Shown here one piece after another: positions 12,201 to 25,184 of a stretch of DNA of 64,000 nucleotides. Made by a program: the position numbers and the translations under genes. The DNA is from Pocillopora damicornis (taxonomy: Eukaryota), in assembly GCF_003704095.1 (NCBI RefSeq), contig NW_020845603.1:1-64000 (forward strand). Reading direction: 5' to 3'. Numbering within the stretch: position 1 is the stretch's first letter; each line of letters begins with the position of its first letter. The notes beneath the pieces are model-generated. The model saw nothing but the letters and a program-made list of their open reading frames with translations, was not told the origin of the DNA and did not search any database.

Positions 12201-14344
12201 GAAGGTATACGAAGAAGCCGTAACCAAGAGCGCTCTGAGAGTCCTCCGAAAGAGACCCGACGGAGGACCAGACAGTCTGCATCGCCATCTCCTGATGCAA
12301 GGAGGCAAAGAGGAAGGTTACCCAGCGAGTCTCCTCCTCCTCCTCCACCAAAAGTGGCTGCTAGCAAGAAGAAAGAAGTTCCAAGTGATAGCCAAAAGAA
12401 AGTGAAACGAACGACAAAGAGTAAGGCCCAAGAGAAACGGTCCAGTTCAGAAGAGAGTTCTTCTAGTAGTTCGTCCGAATCTGCGTCAGAGTCCGAGGAC
12501 GGATCCTCGCATAGCAGCCGTGTGTCACCTGTGCTGACCAAGCACAAGTCATCGCCTGATACAAGTGAACAAAGAACTCAAAAGAAGAGGCCTTCTCCGT
12601 CACCTCGCCGTGCTAGTCCCAGTCCTTCACCTGTGAAACAATCCAGGCGGTCTTCAGATAAAGCTGCACCTCCAAGACGACGAAAACCTAGTAGAACCCC
12701 AAGCCCACCGCCTGCACGTCGAAGGTCCCCAGCGAGTCCACCCCCAGCACGTAGGGTATCTCGAAGCCCACCCCCCGTACGTAGAAGGTCGTCCCCGAGC
12801 CCGCCCCCTGTAAGGAGAAGGCTGTCTCCAAGTCCTCTTCGTTCTAAGCCTATGAGACGAAACCGAAGTAGAAGTAGATCGGAAGAAAGATCGAGAAGAG
12901 ATCGATCAGTGAGCCCCAAATCTGCGAGGAGGCGTAGTCAAAGCCCAAGGCATTCGCCTTCCCCTGCTTTACAACCTCGGCGGCGGCGTCCTTCTAGAAG
13001 TGTAACTCCCCCAAGACCCACCAGAAAGCCCAATTCGTCACCTCCTCGAAGTCAACCTGCACGAGGCTCCAATCAGCGCCGAAGAAGAAGCGACAGTCGC
13101 AGTCCTCGGCGTTCCCCACCTACCCAGTTCCGCAGGCGTCGACCTTCTAGAAGCCTGAGCCCACCAAAACCCAAAAGAAGCCCAAGCCCTATCAGAAGGC
13201 GCAGGTCAAGAAGCCCGGCTCCTGCTGGAGGCTCTTATCGGCGTCAAAGTAGAAGCCCTTCAAGAAGCCCAAGTCGTGGTCCAAGGCGCTCTCCGCCCAA
13301 GCAAACGCGGAAGCGCAGACAGTCCAGAAGTGTAACCCCGCCAAGAAATCGACCGGCGCCAAAAAAATCTCCTGCTCGAGATAGTCCTGTTCAAAGGCGC
13401 AGCCGAACTCCTAGTGCGTCGCCTGTTCGTAGAAAGGACAAAGTGACGGTACACGAGTCATCTCCTGTTCAGGCAAGAGGTCGAGATACACGTGAATCGG
13501 CGGAGAGGAGTAGCCAGGAACCTCCGCGTAAAAGGTACAAGTGATGTATTAAAAATTATGACTGATGAAATACCTTTAACACGATAGTTTGCTTAAATTT
13601 ACGTTAAGTTCAAGCCGTCAGTTATACCTGTTTGATCAACTCGACAATTGCGCCAGGTTAAAGGAACTGGCGCTTTGGAAGAAGCAACTGTTTTCCTCGC
13701 TGCCATCCAGAACGAAAAGTGGAAACACGTATATTTCGGCTTTTTCAAATGTGAAAGACTTATTGTCTTCATTAACGACGTCATACAACACAAAATTAGC
13801 TCTACTGATTGGGTGCTTAAATGGAGGTTCGGAAAAATTACGCACCTACGCGGGGACGTTGGGTCTATGTCGCAAAATCGTGACGTTGGGGGGGTGGACT
13901 TTTTTGTTTATGTTTGCATCTTACTTTTGATGTTTGAAAGGACTAGTAGTGACGGCTAGAAATTTGCAAACGTTGCTGTTTGGTCTTGTCACGCGACGGT
14001 TCTTCTCTCTTGTTTCCGTGACAAGACGAAACAACGGCTGCGAATTACATTGAAATTAGCTTCTCCTTGAACGAGGTCGTCTTTATTGAAACTGTTTTTC
14101 TTGGCATTTTAGAGTGGCTCAAGAGAAAAACCAGAAGATTGAAGTGGCGAAGCCAAGTAAAACGAAAAACGCAGAAAGCCGATCCCGAAAGAAAAGCAGT
14201 AGCGAAAGTGGAAGCGAAAGTAGCTCAGAAAGCCAGAGTAGTGACAGTGAAAGTAGTGAAGGCAGTAGTAGTGGATCGAGCAGCAGTGACGAGGAGTCTG
14301 GGTCCAACAGCAGTAGTTCCTCTGACGTTAAGCAAAGGCGATAA
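3286..14344 (+). CDS. SRRM2: Serine/arginine repetitive matrix protein 2 (SRm300/Cwc21), ~1086 aa; exons 3286-3524, 5030-5131, 6705-6908, 9561-9644, 10085-10147, 10685-10843, 11357-13534, 14113-14344
   Basis: N-terminus [24 protein letters not shown] and cwf21 domain (ILEHERKRQIELKC...EEQGY); ETHQMAEA..KN..LKEALGI; long RS/RP-rich exon. All junctions are GT-AG and frame-consistent. The gap at 9325-9424 could hide an exon. Confidence 0.92.
4105..4480 (-). mobile_element. Degenerate 3' end of a Penelope-like element with hammerhead-like core, in SRRM2 intron 1
   Basis: 4195-4260 is similar to 34985-35045. The minus strand has a decayed KFxFxIxTxxPxxxNExFSF-like GIY-YIG C-terminus and CTGATGA...GAAA. 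Boundaries approximate. Confidence 0.6.
4570..4705. repeat. Near-perfect direct tandem duplication, 68-bp period
   Basis: ctagacagtttggaaagccacaaagctttataacaaaaacttatctttcaattctacactcttaa begins at both 4570 and 4638. Confidence 0.9.
6265..6468. mobile_element. ~200-bp TTAA-flanked piggyBac-type MITE copy
   Basis: ttaactctttcactccc...ggggagtgaaaaggttaa termini; internal sequence shared with many other copies in the window. Confidence 0.8.
9121..9324. mobile_element. TTAA-flanked piggyBac-type MITE copy abutting an assembly gap
   Basis: ttaaccctttaactccc...gggagttaaagggtt, perfect terminal inverted repeat. Confidence 0.85.
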
Positions 14345-15010
14345 GCGGTGGTTTCGTTCAAAGGGGTTGAACATGCAGCTTATGTTAACCAATAGACAGG
14401 TGGCACATAGAGTATGCACAGTTGTAATTAAGGCAGTTTTTTTGCCGTTGACTGTTTCTCTCTCAGATAGTTTTTTATTCTACGTGTGGATTCGTTACTT
14501 TCGTAGACAAAGTTGCCGGGAAATTTGACTGAGCTGACCCCACCTTTTACGGAGAACCTTGTGCTGTTCTCTGATTGGACAATTTGGAATTCCGAACGAA
14601 GCTTTACTTGTTCGGCTCTCTGTTAGTGAATTTACTTTTAAACAGTTGGTAGTTACCTCGAATTTTGCGATGTTTACTAGGATTAAGTCTGAGTTTTACT
14701 TTGGGAATATCGCAACATTGATAATTTACTAGCTTCCCCTGTTTTTTTCCTTGTTTTGAAATGAATGTCAGCAGACATCCCCAGAGAACAGACCCTTAGT
14801 TGAGAAACTTACCAAAATGGGTTGTAACAGTACTTTGATGTGAACTAGAGTCTTTCCTGAGGCAACTAGAATACTGGCAAAAAGCAGATTTCGACTTCAA
14901 CAAAAGGAATTGAAACGAAAGCTTAAGCTTTTACACGATTTTTTTTACTGTATATGGAATATCCGAGAGCCACTCCTGTTAGAAAATCCGTACTCTTAGA
15001 ATCATAGCGA

Positions 15011-15016
15011 AATAAA
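15011..15016 (+). promoter_or_regulatory. Probable SRRM2 polyadenylation signal
   Basis: AATAAA ~670 bp after the stop, followed by GT/T-rich sequence. Confidence 0.5.
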
Positions 15017-15936
15017 CAGTGTTTTTCACTTGTCTTGTGTCAGCATATCTGTTTTTACTTGCATGTATCCCGTTCTCTATCTGAAAGTACGTCTTAAAGC
15101 GTGAAATTGAGTATCGTATGGGTCAACTCCTTCCCAGTGACAGAAAGGAACTCACCGACCAGACAATTTATGCAATAAAGTGACACGAGTGGATTTTTTT
15201 TAACCTTTCAGACACCGTTGTCTTGGCTCGCAGCAGGACAAATTTTAGTGATGCGTGAGATCTGACAGATGTTTTAATTCACATGCAAAGATTTGAAGGA
15301 GAACGTCAATCAAGGAAATTTGAACTGCGAATCTTTTAGGCAGAAGCTTGCATAAATGTTTACATTTTAAGCAACAATCAAATGGTAAAGATGGAAAATT
15401 CGTACTTCGGGATGTTGCATGACAATCAGTACTCAGGGTACTGAATTAGTTCCAGCCGTATCTCTAGATCCAAGTACTGTTTAATTTGTAAATCCATGTG
15501 ATTGACACTTTGTGGTCAACAAATATTTAGCTGTTTTTCAGTGCGCCCACGTTTGACAAATTATCAATTTAGCGAAGGGAAATGTGCAGATTTTCGAGAA
15601 AACAAATTTTGTCAGCCTTGTGCATCCGGGCTTTTTGCCCTAAACCTCTCATTTGTTTGGTTTAACTGAGTTTAAGGTCTTTGCTAAGAGCAGATAGAGT
15701 GAATAGGGAGCATGCTGTTGTCTTCTTAGAGGTGGAAGTGGTAGAGAAATAAATTGTCAACGAAGATGGTCAGCTGTATCATAGGTCTTGTTTAACACCC
15801 CCGCCCACTCCCATTCAGCTTAGTAACCTGGTACTCTCAATGAATAGCGGCCATCGCGATATGCGCGTTGTAAATCCTTCTAGTTTCTGTCATTGATTCG
15901 TTAAAGCTGTGGATTCATCAAGTTTTTCTAAAGAAA

Positions 15937-18900
15937 ATGTTGACTGCGCTGGGTCACATCCAGCTGCTGCGCTTTGTCGGCCCAGCTGTTGTTGTTTTTG
16001 GTGTTGCACCGTATTACTTAATAACTTGGCTTGCATGGCGACTCGCTTCACTGCCTCTGTCTAGGCGCGTCTTCGAACGAGGAGATGAGATTATGTACGA
16101 CTCGTATCAATCGCTCATCTGCTTCTTCTTTGAGACCTTAACGGGAGCTGAGGTGAGGCAATATTATGAATTTTGTTCGGAGATATTTCAAGTGAACGCG
16201 GAGTCTCGACACCACGTGGGTTGGTGCACCGTAAGGTGTATTCCGAGAGTGTGAAAACATGTAATTCCTGATTATTTCTATCGCTGCTTGAATCCTTTTC
16301 TCTATCCCTCTGTAGTTTTTTCATTCTGCCGTGAACATGAGTGACTCCTTCAGTGGTATGAAATGCTTGAAGGGTTCACGAGGGTGTTGAGGTTGTGGAG
16401 GAGAAAGAGTGCATACATGTCCACCATTGTACAGTTTCCATCTTTTCATAATTGTAGGAATACTTTCTATAGCTATAGCAAACCTTTGGAAGGAATGGGG
16501 AATGTGGCTGATTCCCGAAATGAGGGACAGCAAGTTAGCTGAAACACTCACATGTCTTTCAAGAGTATGAATGGGGTGATTCCTGATGAATCCCATGGCT
16601 ACTCAGAACTTGCCCTGCCCTGCCCTGCCCTCTTTTTCTTCCCTCTCCCAAGTGGCTTCATTTTAAATTGAACATGAGACTCTTTTACGCAGGTCTAATA
16701 AAGAGGCAGAGGGGTGGGTAAGGGCATGTCAGGTGTAGGAACTGCATGAAGCCTGAATTCTCACTTTGGAAACTTTTCATTGTTGTATGAATACTTTTAC
16801 TATTAAGATGGATGCATTGGAGAGGGATGAACATGAGTGGGGAAACTTGCAGAATGATGTAAACAAGTTGTAGAGAAGAGTTTGGGACATGTTTGATTGG
16901 AACATGTAACATTATTGTCGTTGTTTCTTTGTGTTTAACTGCTGATAAGAATTTGCCAACATTTCAATAATCTTGAATTTCCAGGATGATTCCAGTCCTC
17001 TTTATTTCCATCTACTATGTTTTTTTAACTTTATCTTTGCCTTTATATAATTTCCAAAAGAAAACATCTGTGCAAGACAATGTCAAATGAAATCTCCTTT
17101 TTTCCACCTCAAGTTTTGACACATTTTGCATTTACTCATGTACCTTGGTAAATATCCTGTGTGGTTTTTTAAGGTCAAATTGAATTGATGCATAGCCACT
17201 TTTTGCAATCTATGGGTAGTTGGGCTGAAATTATCTAGATATGTTGTGATCTACATCTCCTTTTTCTGGTAAGCTGAATTATGCACTTATCTTCTACATT
17301 CAATATTTTCCAACCTCCATCATTAATAATATTGCCTGCCATTATACTTAATTTGCAGGTTATCCTTTATGGTGATCAAATTCCATGGAATAAACAGGAA
17401 AATGTGATTGTGATATGTAACCATCAAAGTTCAGGTACCAATTGTTTAAAGAGACAACTCTACACATAAACCCCAGGATCAGGTCTTACACTCTTTTTTC
17501 TCTATATTTATTTACTAAATCCTTTCATGTGGTTGTCATGTTTTTAACCAAAGTCCCAAATCTCCAAATAAGCAAGTTCTGGTTCCTAAGATTAGAGTGT
17601 TCTTGGTGACCAAATGCAATTTGACTTAAAGTTATCCAATCCTTGCAATAGAAAATTGTCTATCTGAAGGCAAAACAAAACAAAACAAAAATATATGACC
17701 TAGCCCATAAAACTTGCATTTCCATTGCCTCACCTGATCATGGTGTTACCCTTTATACCTTAACATCAATATGCAAGTTCTCTTTACTGTTCTCTATACA
17801 TTTACTATGGTTCTTACACGGAGAATTTGTCTAACAATCAAGGGCATCTTGAGTTTACAATCATTTCCTTTATTCTCACAACCTTGAAGTTTGAGTAAGA
17901 AGTTATACCACTGGGAGAAATTAGACATGTGTTTCACTCTTAGAGTTTAACGGATTCAAGTACTTTCTTTCAAAAAAATTACAGCCTATTGAATATTTTC
18001 TAATATCATTGGCTTCCCACTTGATTGAGGTAGTTATTCTAAATCTTTGAAGAGAATTTGCATTTTCACCATTTAAAAGAAAACTCTGATAATTTTGGAT
18101 GTTATATTTATGTAATTTATCTTTTTAATGTTTGTAAAACATTGTTTTTATGCAGTGGACTGGATAATCACTGATTTCCTTGCTGTCAGGCAAGGTTCTT
18201 TGGGACGACTTCGCTACATTCTGAAGAACGGGTTGAAATATTTCCCTTTATATGGCTTCTACTTTGCTCAGGTAACTGTTTGAATCTCTGAAGTGATTAA
18301 CATGTAACTTCTCCCTGTGATACCATTACATCATCCAGCAAACAGGTAATGAGAATACTCAGACTTATCAGGTAGATGCTGTTATCTTGATCCAATACCA
18401 AATACTCATAACTAATTTACAAGGAAATGTGTAGCAACTAGAGCAGAGAATTAACAATTAGATCATGGGAGTTAAGGAGGTAGCTGTTAAACTTTGTTGT
18501 TTTGTTTTGTTTTTTTGTTCTTTTTATTCTTTTTGTTTTGTTTTGTTTTGTTTTTTTTTCAATTGAGGTGGGCATACATACACAAACCACGCTGTCTTAT
18601 AACTTGATTACAATACTATTTACAGCATTCATGTATATATGTTAAACGCAGTGGGGCAAAAGACCAAGATTACATTGNNNNNNNNNNNNNNNNNNNNNNN
18701 NNNNNNNNNNNNNNNNNNNNNNNNNNNNNNNNNNNNNNNNNNNNNNNNNNNNNNNNNNNNNNNNNNNNNNNNNNNNNTTTCAATGTGATATCATTTTGTT
18801 TTCTTCAAGGCCAGCTTCGAGGTTCTGTCTTCTGACTATTTGGATGCTGTTTATGACTTCACTATCACCTATAGCATGGCAAACGAGAATCATTTTCCTC

Positions 18901-20726
18901 GCAGACCAGCTCCAACTATGTCTGGTATGTGCTGCATAGCTGTATAGCCCATTGGTAACTTCTTTGAGTTCCACCCTTGAAGCCTAGCATGTTATGATAT
19001 GGAATTATTAGTGTTAGACAGTTGGTGAATTCTCTTATAAATGCCTAATACCATAACAAGGTTAGCCTTAAAGGGAATGTGTGTTTTCTCCTTTAGTTTT
19101 CCTTATTTCAAAAGGACAACAAGTCCTTTTGAGTTCTTTTTTGAAGCCTGCTATGATATCAAATTATTTGTGTTAATCATTTAGTGAATTATCTGATAAA
19201 TGTCCATTATCAAACAGGGTTGGCCCTAAAATGTGTTTTCTCCTTTAGATTTCCTTATTTCAAAAGGACAACAAGTCCATGTATACTGCCGAAGGCATGA
19301 AGCTAGAGATCTTCCCAAGGTTTGTTTGCAATATGTTCATATATCATGGTTCATTCAGTTGATTTTATTTAAAATGGCTTTGTAAAAGATATCACTGTTT
19401 TCTCTGATGTTGCATTCTCAATTACAAGCAGAGTCCACACAGAAATGAAATATCAAATCCTGCATTTGGATGTCTCTGTGGTAAGAGTTAATTTTAAAAC
19501 TGTTGTCTTGCAGGATAGTGAAGGAAGAAAATCCTGGATCCACCAAACCTTTGCAGAGAAAGACAGGTAAGCTTTTAATGACTTTCATTTTGTTATTTTC
19601 TAATGATGAGAAAAGAGAGCAGTTTGAGGAGAATGTTAAAATATAGTTTTAAAAAAAAATTGATGAATTTATCTATACTCGAAAGATGGCAATCTAAGTC
19701 ATTGCAGAGAAAGCAATCTGAAGAGAGTCAGGTTTTGACAGGGTTCAAAACCCATGACTCCCATTTATTACTTTGGTGCTACTACCAACTGATTTTGTTA
19801 TTTAATTATTAGTAAGAGGACTAGCATCTAATTTCTCCTTACAATATCACCCCTGAATCACACATTAAGGTCATGAGAATAAAGGAAATGATCACCAACT
19901 AAAGAAGCTTTTGACTGTTAAACCAGTTCTCCTTGTCAGCACCTGAGGAAATGTATAAAGAACAGTATGGAGAATATGTATACTGATCTTGGGGTGTTAA
20001 GGGTTAACTCGTAGGAGTGACTATCGATACCATCTAATTTCTCCTTACATTATCACACCAGAGTCAAACATTTAAAGTCATGAGAAAAAAGGAAAAGATC
20101 ACCAACCAAACAAGCTCTTGATTGTTAAATAAATTCTCGTTATCAACACCTTTGGAAATATATAGAAATCAGCATGGAGATTGTGCATACTGATGCCAGG
20201 GTGAGTGGAAACAAGCAAACTTCCTGAGTGGTGGGAAGAGATCAAGGCATGGTTGTTTTTTATTTTGCTCCTGATTGGTTGAGGGAATAGCATGAGTTTT
20301 GGGAACAATTACAAAGCAAAGTAATGTAAAACCTGGGCCATATAAGATCATTTCACCACTGGATTGCAAATTGCTCCAAGCAATGCATTTTGGGGTATGA
20401 TATGTTTTTAGAGGTGGTAGGGTGAATAATTTCAATTAATTGAATGTAGCGTCCACTTGTAATGTGTGTGTGTTTTTTGTTTTTGTTTTTGTCTTTCCAG
20501 AATTTTGAATAAATTTTACCAAGAAGATGGAAAAATGCCTGGGGTTCCACGGAGGAGGAGGTTACCATGGACAAGAACTTTCCCATATTTTGTGTTTTGG
20601 ATGGCAACACTTTTGCCATTTGTAATGACAAAATGGGGGCGATCAGCTTACTGGAAGATGTGGCTTGTCACAAGCTTTGGATCAGTATCTTATATGATGT
20701 TCTTGTTTGGGAAAGTTCAGCGGTGA
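15937..20726 (+). CDS. AGPAT5: 1-acyl-sn-glycerol-3-phosphate acyltransferase epsilon; exons 15937-16152, 17359-17434, 18156-18271, 18626-(gap 18678-18777), 18810-18924, 19249-19319, 19514-19566, 20501-20726
   Basis: Spliced translation gives NHQSSVDW (HX4D catalytic motif), RYILKNGLKYFPLYGFYFAQHSCIYVKR, LDAVYDFTI, W..QTFAEKDR and a C-terminal hydrophobic segment. The exon(s) with the FPEGT motif are not visible and are presumably in the gap. Confidence 0.88.
18960..19278. repeat. Diverged ~150-165-bp tandem duplication spanning an AGPAT5 3' splice site
   Basis: gtgttttctcctttag(t/a)tttccttatttcaaaaggacaacaagtcc occurs at ~19081-19126 and ~19233-19278, with similar upstream sequence. Confidence 0.8.
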
Positions 20727-22139
20727 AATATGAAGACAACACATGTTTGCACATTGAGAAAACCTGATACAAGTGTCCAGGTTTCATCAGCCATATAGCA
20801 AGTGCTAGTCTCCGAAATCTGTTTTTACAGGGTTCATACAGTCCTGGGAAAACCTGGAAATTCTTGGACTTCTGTGAAAGAGTTTTCAAAGACCTGAAAG
20901 TCTTCTAAAAAGATTATCAGTCCTGGAAAGACCTAAAATGTAGAATTTGGTATTAAATCAAGATGGTTGATATTTAACATGTACATTTTTCTTTATCCCC
21001 ATCAGCTGTCATCTTGATATTGCATGGAGAAATTTAGTCAATCTTGAGAATTTAAGGGTTAATGGAATCTCTGGAGCCCTGGAAAAAACATTGTCAGCCT
21101 TGGAAAATTGTTTCTGAAAATAGGTAGATAGCTTGTTTTCAGGGTGGATATTTCCATTTGACCCCATCCTATCACAGCATGCTGACCCAGCCGCCTTGCA
21201 GTTCTCTTTGTTTTGAAGCCAGTGAACCTTTCACCAGTCAGGGCAGAAAGTTTAAATCATCAGTGAAGTCAATGGGCAGAATCTTTCGAAGCATTTTATG
21301 TTTGATGAAGTATTCTACTGTTTTTTGGCTTACATTAAGTTGCAAAACATCTCAATTCCATAATAACTGTAAATGTACCAATGGATGTTAGAATTTTCAC
21401 TATCAAATACCATTTTCCCCTTCCTCTCTAAAAAAAATTCTAAGTGCAAAAAAACTGTATTTGAATTAGAAGTTTATTAACAATCCAAGAAAGTGATATA
21501 TGTTCAAAATGCTTATACAACTTTTTAACTGCTAAATTTATGTATATGCATGTAACAATTTTAAAAACAAATGATTGCACTGTACATAACATGCAGTTAT
21601 CAGCAAAAAACAGTAGTATTAACAAGTTAACAACAATGAGAATGATGGGAACTATGCCTAAGTTCTTAAAGTATGGTGCAATGATTGCTATTGTACATGT
21701 GCTGGGTATAAGTGTAGAGTTCCTTAAGTTTTCACCTGCTGTGTCTCCTTTAGAGTGCCTTGGAATGCGTTTGAATTGAGTGTTGTAAAAACAAAACTAA
21801 AGTAATAAAAAAGCAAATATGAACAAAAGTGAAAAATTAACAAGAAGCAGATCACAACTCGAAGTAAAAAAGAAGTAAATGGCCTCAAGTGTAGGAAAAA
21901 ATACACAAGAAAATTACAGCTATTGAGTTCAACTAGACAGTTGAAGATGAAGAATTTTTGCATTTGCTTTGGCCGTCAGATGGAGTTGTGAGTTACATTT
22001 GTCCTCAGTTTTCCTTTCCTTTGCCATTTTCTTGTGAAAGCTGTGTTCCTACTTTACTTGGCACAACATCTTCAGTCACTATAGATCTGAAATGTAAGGA
22101 AATAAAGTAAATCTTGTGTAGAATGAGAACCACAACCCT

Positions 22140-22822
22140 TTAACCCCTAAACTCCCAAGATTTCATGAGTAATTCTCCTTACTGTCTGCCATACAATATT
22201 TATGTGATGATAGTTTGGAGAATTTGGAATTGGATCAACCAATAATACTCTAATTGATATTTTTCTTTATTCTTATTACTTGTCTGCTTGATATTGTACT
22301 GATAATGGAAGGAGAAATTCTGTCTTGGTCACTAGTGAGACTTGAAGGGTTAACCCCAAGGAGTTCTAAATTTCTCCCAATTAGAATCAGACATTAAGGT
22401 CACAAGAATAAAGGAAATGATTGCAAACTCCTGATTATTAAACAGATTATCTTTGTATCTAAGTACCATAGGAAATGTATAAAGAACAGTAAGGAGAACT
22501 TACAGATGTTAGGATGGAAAAGGTTAACAAAAGCTGCAAACTAAACAAAGCTAAGTTTGTATGTTAGAAAGAAACTACTCAAGTGTCAAATACACTTGGG
22601 ACAACTCACATTAACCCTTTAGTTTGCATAAGTGACCAAGACAATTTCTCCTTACAATATTAGTGACAATATCGAGCAGACAAGTGATGAGAATAAAGAA
22701 AAATATCACTCGAAGGATTATTAGTTGATCCGATACCAAATTCTCAAAACTAACATCAGGAGAACTGTATTGCAGACAGTAAGGAGAATTACCAATGAGA
22801 TCTTGGGAGTTAAAAGGTTAAT
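22140..22822. mobile_element. Cluster of three TTAA-MITE copies (~22140-22353, ~22360-22527, ~22611-22822)
   Basis: ttaaccc...gggttaa-like termini and shared internal sequence, in both orientations. Confidence 0.75.
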
Positions 22823-23465
22823 AGGGGACATTGTAGTTACATTGACATCAAACATAACACATTTACTAAAAATATATGAAAAAAGTGATTTTCAATTAGG
22901 AAGTCACCTCACAGAAATGAGTCTTATTGCTGAAATTTCAAAAGATATAAAAAGATTTCTCTAAAAACAAATTTAGAATACTATCTGTAAACTGACATAT
23001 GAATGATAAACTTGGTTATTGTAAAATGCGGCATGATTAGTCTGTGTCTAAGTGATCAATTATTTAATTCTTATATTAAAGACCTACTAACCACTGACAA
23101 ATCAAAGTTTTGCCAAACCTTTACTACCAGTAATAAGTATTGTGTTGGTCACAATTAATTTAACATTTGCATCTTAATAGTTGGAAGGACAGCACTAGTT
23201 CCCTAAATAATTCACACAGAGAAATAAAACAGAAACGATATCAGACCATTAATGACAATAAATCTAAAACTGCTCTATCAAAGACAAAACGCAAGAACAA
23301 ATCAACCCCACTTCTGAAGGGGGGGAGGCTATCCAGAATCCAGGGAGAGGGTGCGGGGAGGGTCTGTACTCACTTCAAGCGAAACATACAACGACATTCA
23401 ATACCAATTTTATATAGGTTGAAAATCCCTTACCAGGGCGGTAAGGTGGTCAAGGCTGTAGATAA

Positions 23466-24488
23466 CTACTGAATAGATGCTTCTTCTAACCTAGTAGCTA
23501 CAGAGTCTGTATCGCTCGTATCTCCAGCCTGTTCAGCAGATTCCTCTGAGGTCTGTGTGGTGTCATTGGTTGCCAGTTCTGTTGAGGACTGCTCACTTTC
23601 GGGTTGGTTTTCAGTGTTACCTCCTTTATCAGTTGCTATGGGGTCTAAAGTTGGAGTAGGAGCGGTTGGATTTAATCTCGATGTGGCTGGAATGCGGATT
23701 CCAGCGACACCTTTGCTCTCGACATCCTTCTTATCTCGTTTGATTCTTCGCCTTCTACCAGGTTCATTCTTACGTGTTTGAAACATATTTTCAAAGTCGA
23801 TTACATACAGAAACCCAGCGATTAGTAAAGTACAAGATCTCTGTCCACTCTTAAAAGATTTTTCTAATTCAGGAGATGTTTTCTCGTCATAAGACCACCA
23901 TCCATTACGACCCTCGTAATACCAAACAAACTCGTCCGCGTCATTTTCGTCGCAAGATTTCTCTTTCGATTTCGCAGCTTTTTCCTCCTTATTAACTTCT
24001 TCTACAACTTTGATAAGCGTTGGATTCTCCAGGTAGTCTACGCTGAGAGAATGACGGCATAGAGCGCACCGTTTACTCCGCAAAATGACTCCTTTGATGC
24101 ACAAGAAGCAGAAAATGTGTCCGCATGGAAGTTTTACAGGATAAAAACAAGACTGTAAACAAACTGAACAATCAGGGTTGTGATCCATCTCTTCGATCGT
24201 TTGAATCACTACATCTTCGGAAAAACCTAAAAACAATCAAAATTTTATTACATTTTTGAGTTGCAGGAGTCATTTATCAAACGTTCTGTTTAAAGGCAAT
24301 CATTACAGAAAGCAGTTTGTTTTCAAAAATATGGTGGCCACTTTGTGAGCAGCTGCCTCGCACGCGGAATAATCGAACTCAGTTGAAAAGTAAAATCACC
24401 TACCCTCGGTCGATGGCTTTTCTGTCTCCTCTAATAAAATTGAAGATTCTGTGCGGTTTTCAGCCGAATTAACGGTCGCTTCAGCCAT
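23466..24488 (-). CDS. RNF146: E3 ubiquitin ligase RNF146/Iduna (RING + WWE), 281 aa; exons 24488-24404, 24226-23466
   Basis: C3HC4 RING (CSVC...LPCGHIFCFLCIKG...CALCR) and WWE domain (WYYEGRNGWW.YD...IAGFLYVIDFENM.Q.R...RRRIKRD); phase-1 GT-AG intron joining an ATG exon MAEATVNS. Confidence 0.93.
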
Positions 24489-24852
24489 GAGGATTCAGAG
24501 TAATTTTGATATTGAGTCTATGCTACTTTTCACGATGCTGAGAGTGGATGTTCGTGCCCAGTCGACGCATCATGTCGCTTTTGCAGCTGTCACGCAGAAG
24601 ATGCACGCAATGTTAGAACATAACGCAATCCGACACGTCGCGTATATACGTAACGCAACATTGAGATTTTAAAGTTTATGTTCTCTTGGTTGATGATAAG
24701 CATGCCCGTTAAAGAAATTTTAGGAATCTTTTTGCTTCTGTTAAGAGGTGATTTGCGAAACTAACCCAACTCTCCTCTGATCCCTACTTCAATGGAATTT
24801 TGAGTGTTTTTTTTTACCATTTTAATATCATAGTTTTATCCAACTGAAAGAT

Positions 24853-25184
24853 ACCATAGTTTCTCGAATAAGTACCCAAGCACCTATCTAAAATTTTGGC
24901 TAAATTGATGGGCACTAATTGGAAGGAAGGTGCTTAAGCAAGGGGGTTGCTTTTCAAGAAACTATTCTTCTGTACTGATTCGGCTGTGAGATGAAGCATG
25001 ACAAGTTAAAAATTAAGTGGTAATAAATATAGGTTTTCCTTGTACCTATATTATTTATAGAAGTAATGGGGCTGCTTATTCGATAGGGGCGCTAGTTTGA
25101 TATTCAGGCGTAGAGGTTGGACGCCTTTTCGGGGGAGGGCAGTTTTCAAAGCGTGGGCGCTTATTCGAGGAAATAAAATACGGC
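24853..25184. mobile_element. MITE with tttcctcgaataagcgccc-type TIRs, copy 1
   Basis: tttctcgaataagtaccc near 24860 is inverted with gggcgcttattcgaggaaata near 25156; internal gcttatt repeats. Confidence 0.65.

Noticed and set aside
11303-13454. Long antisense and alternate-frame ORFs over the SRRM2 large exon (e.g. 11687-12547)
   Set aside because: Expected shadow ORFs of low-complexity RS/P-rich coding sequence; no independent motifs.
18678-18777. AGPAT5 apparently lacking the FPEGT motif (possible pseudogene)
   Set aside because: The missing part coincides with a 100-N assembly gap, and all visible exons are intact.
22005-22086. Short minus-strand frame SIVTEDVVPSKVGTQLSQENGKGKEN as an RNF146 readthrough extension
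   Set aside because: The predicted splice from 23434 forms TG|A, a second in-frame stop, so it is better read as 3' UTR.
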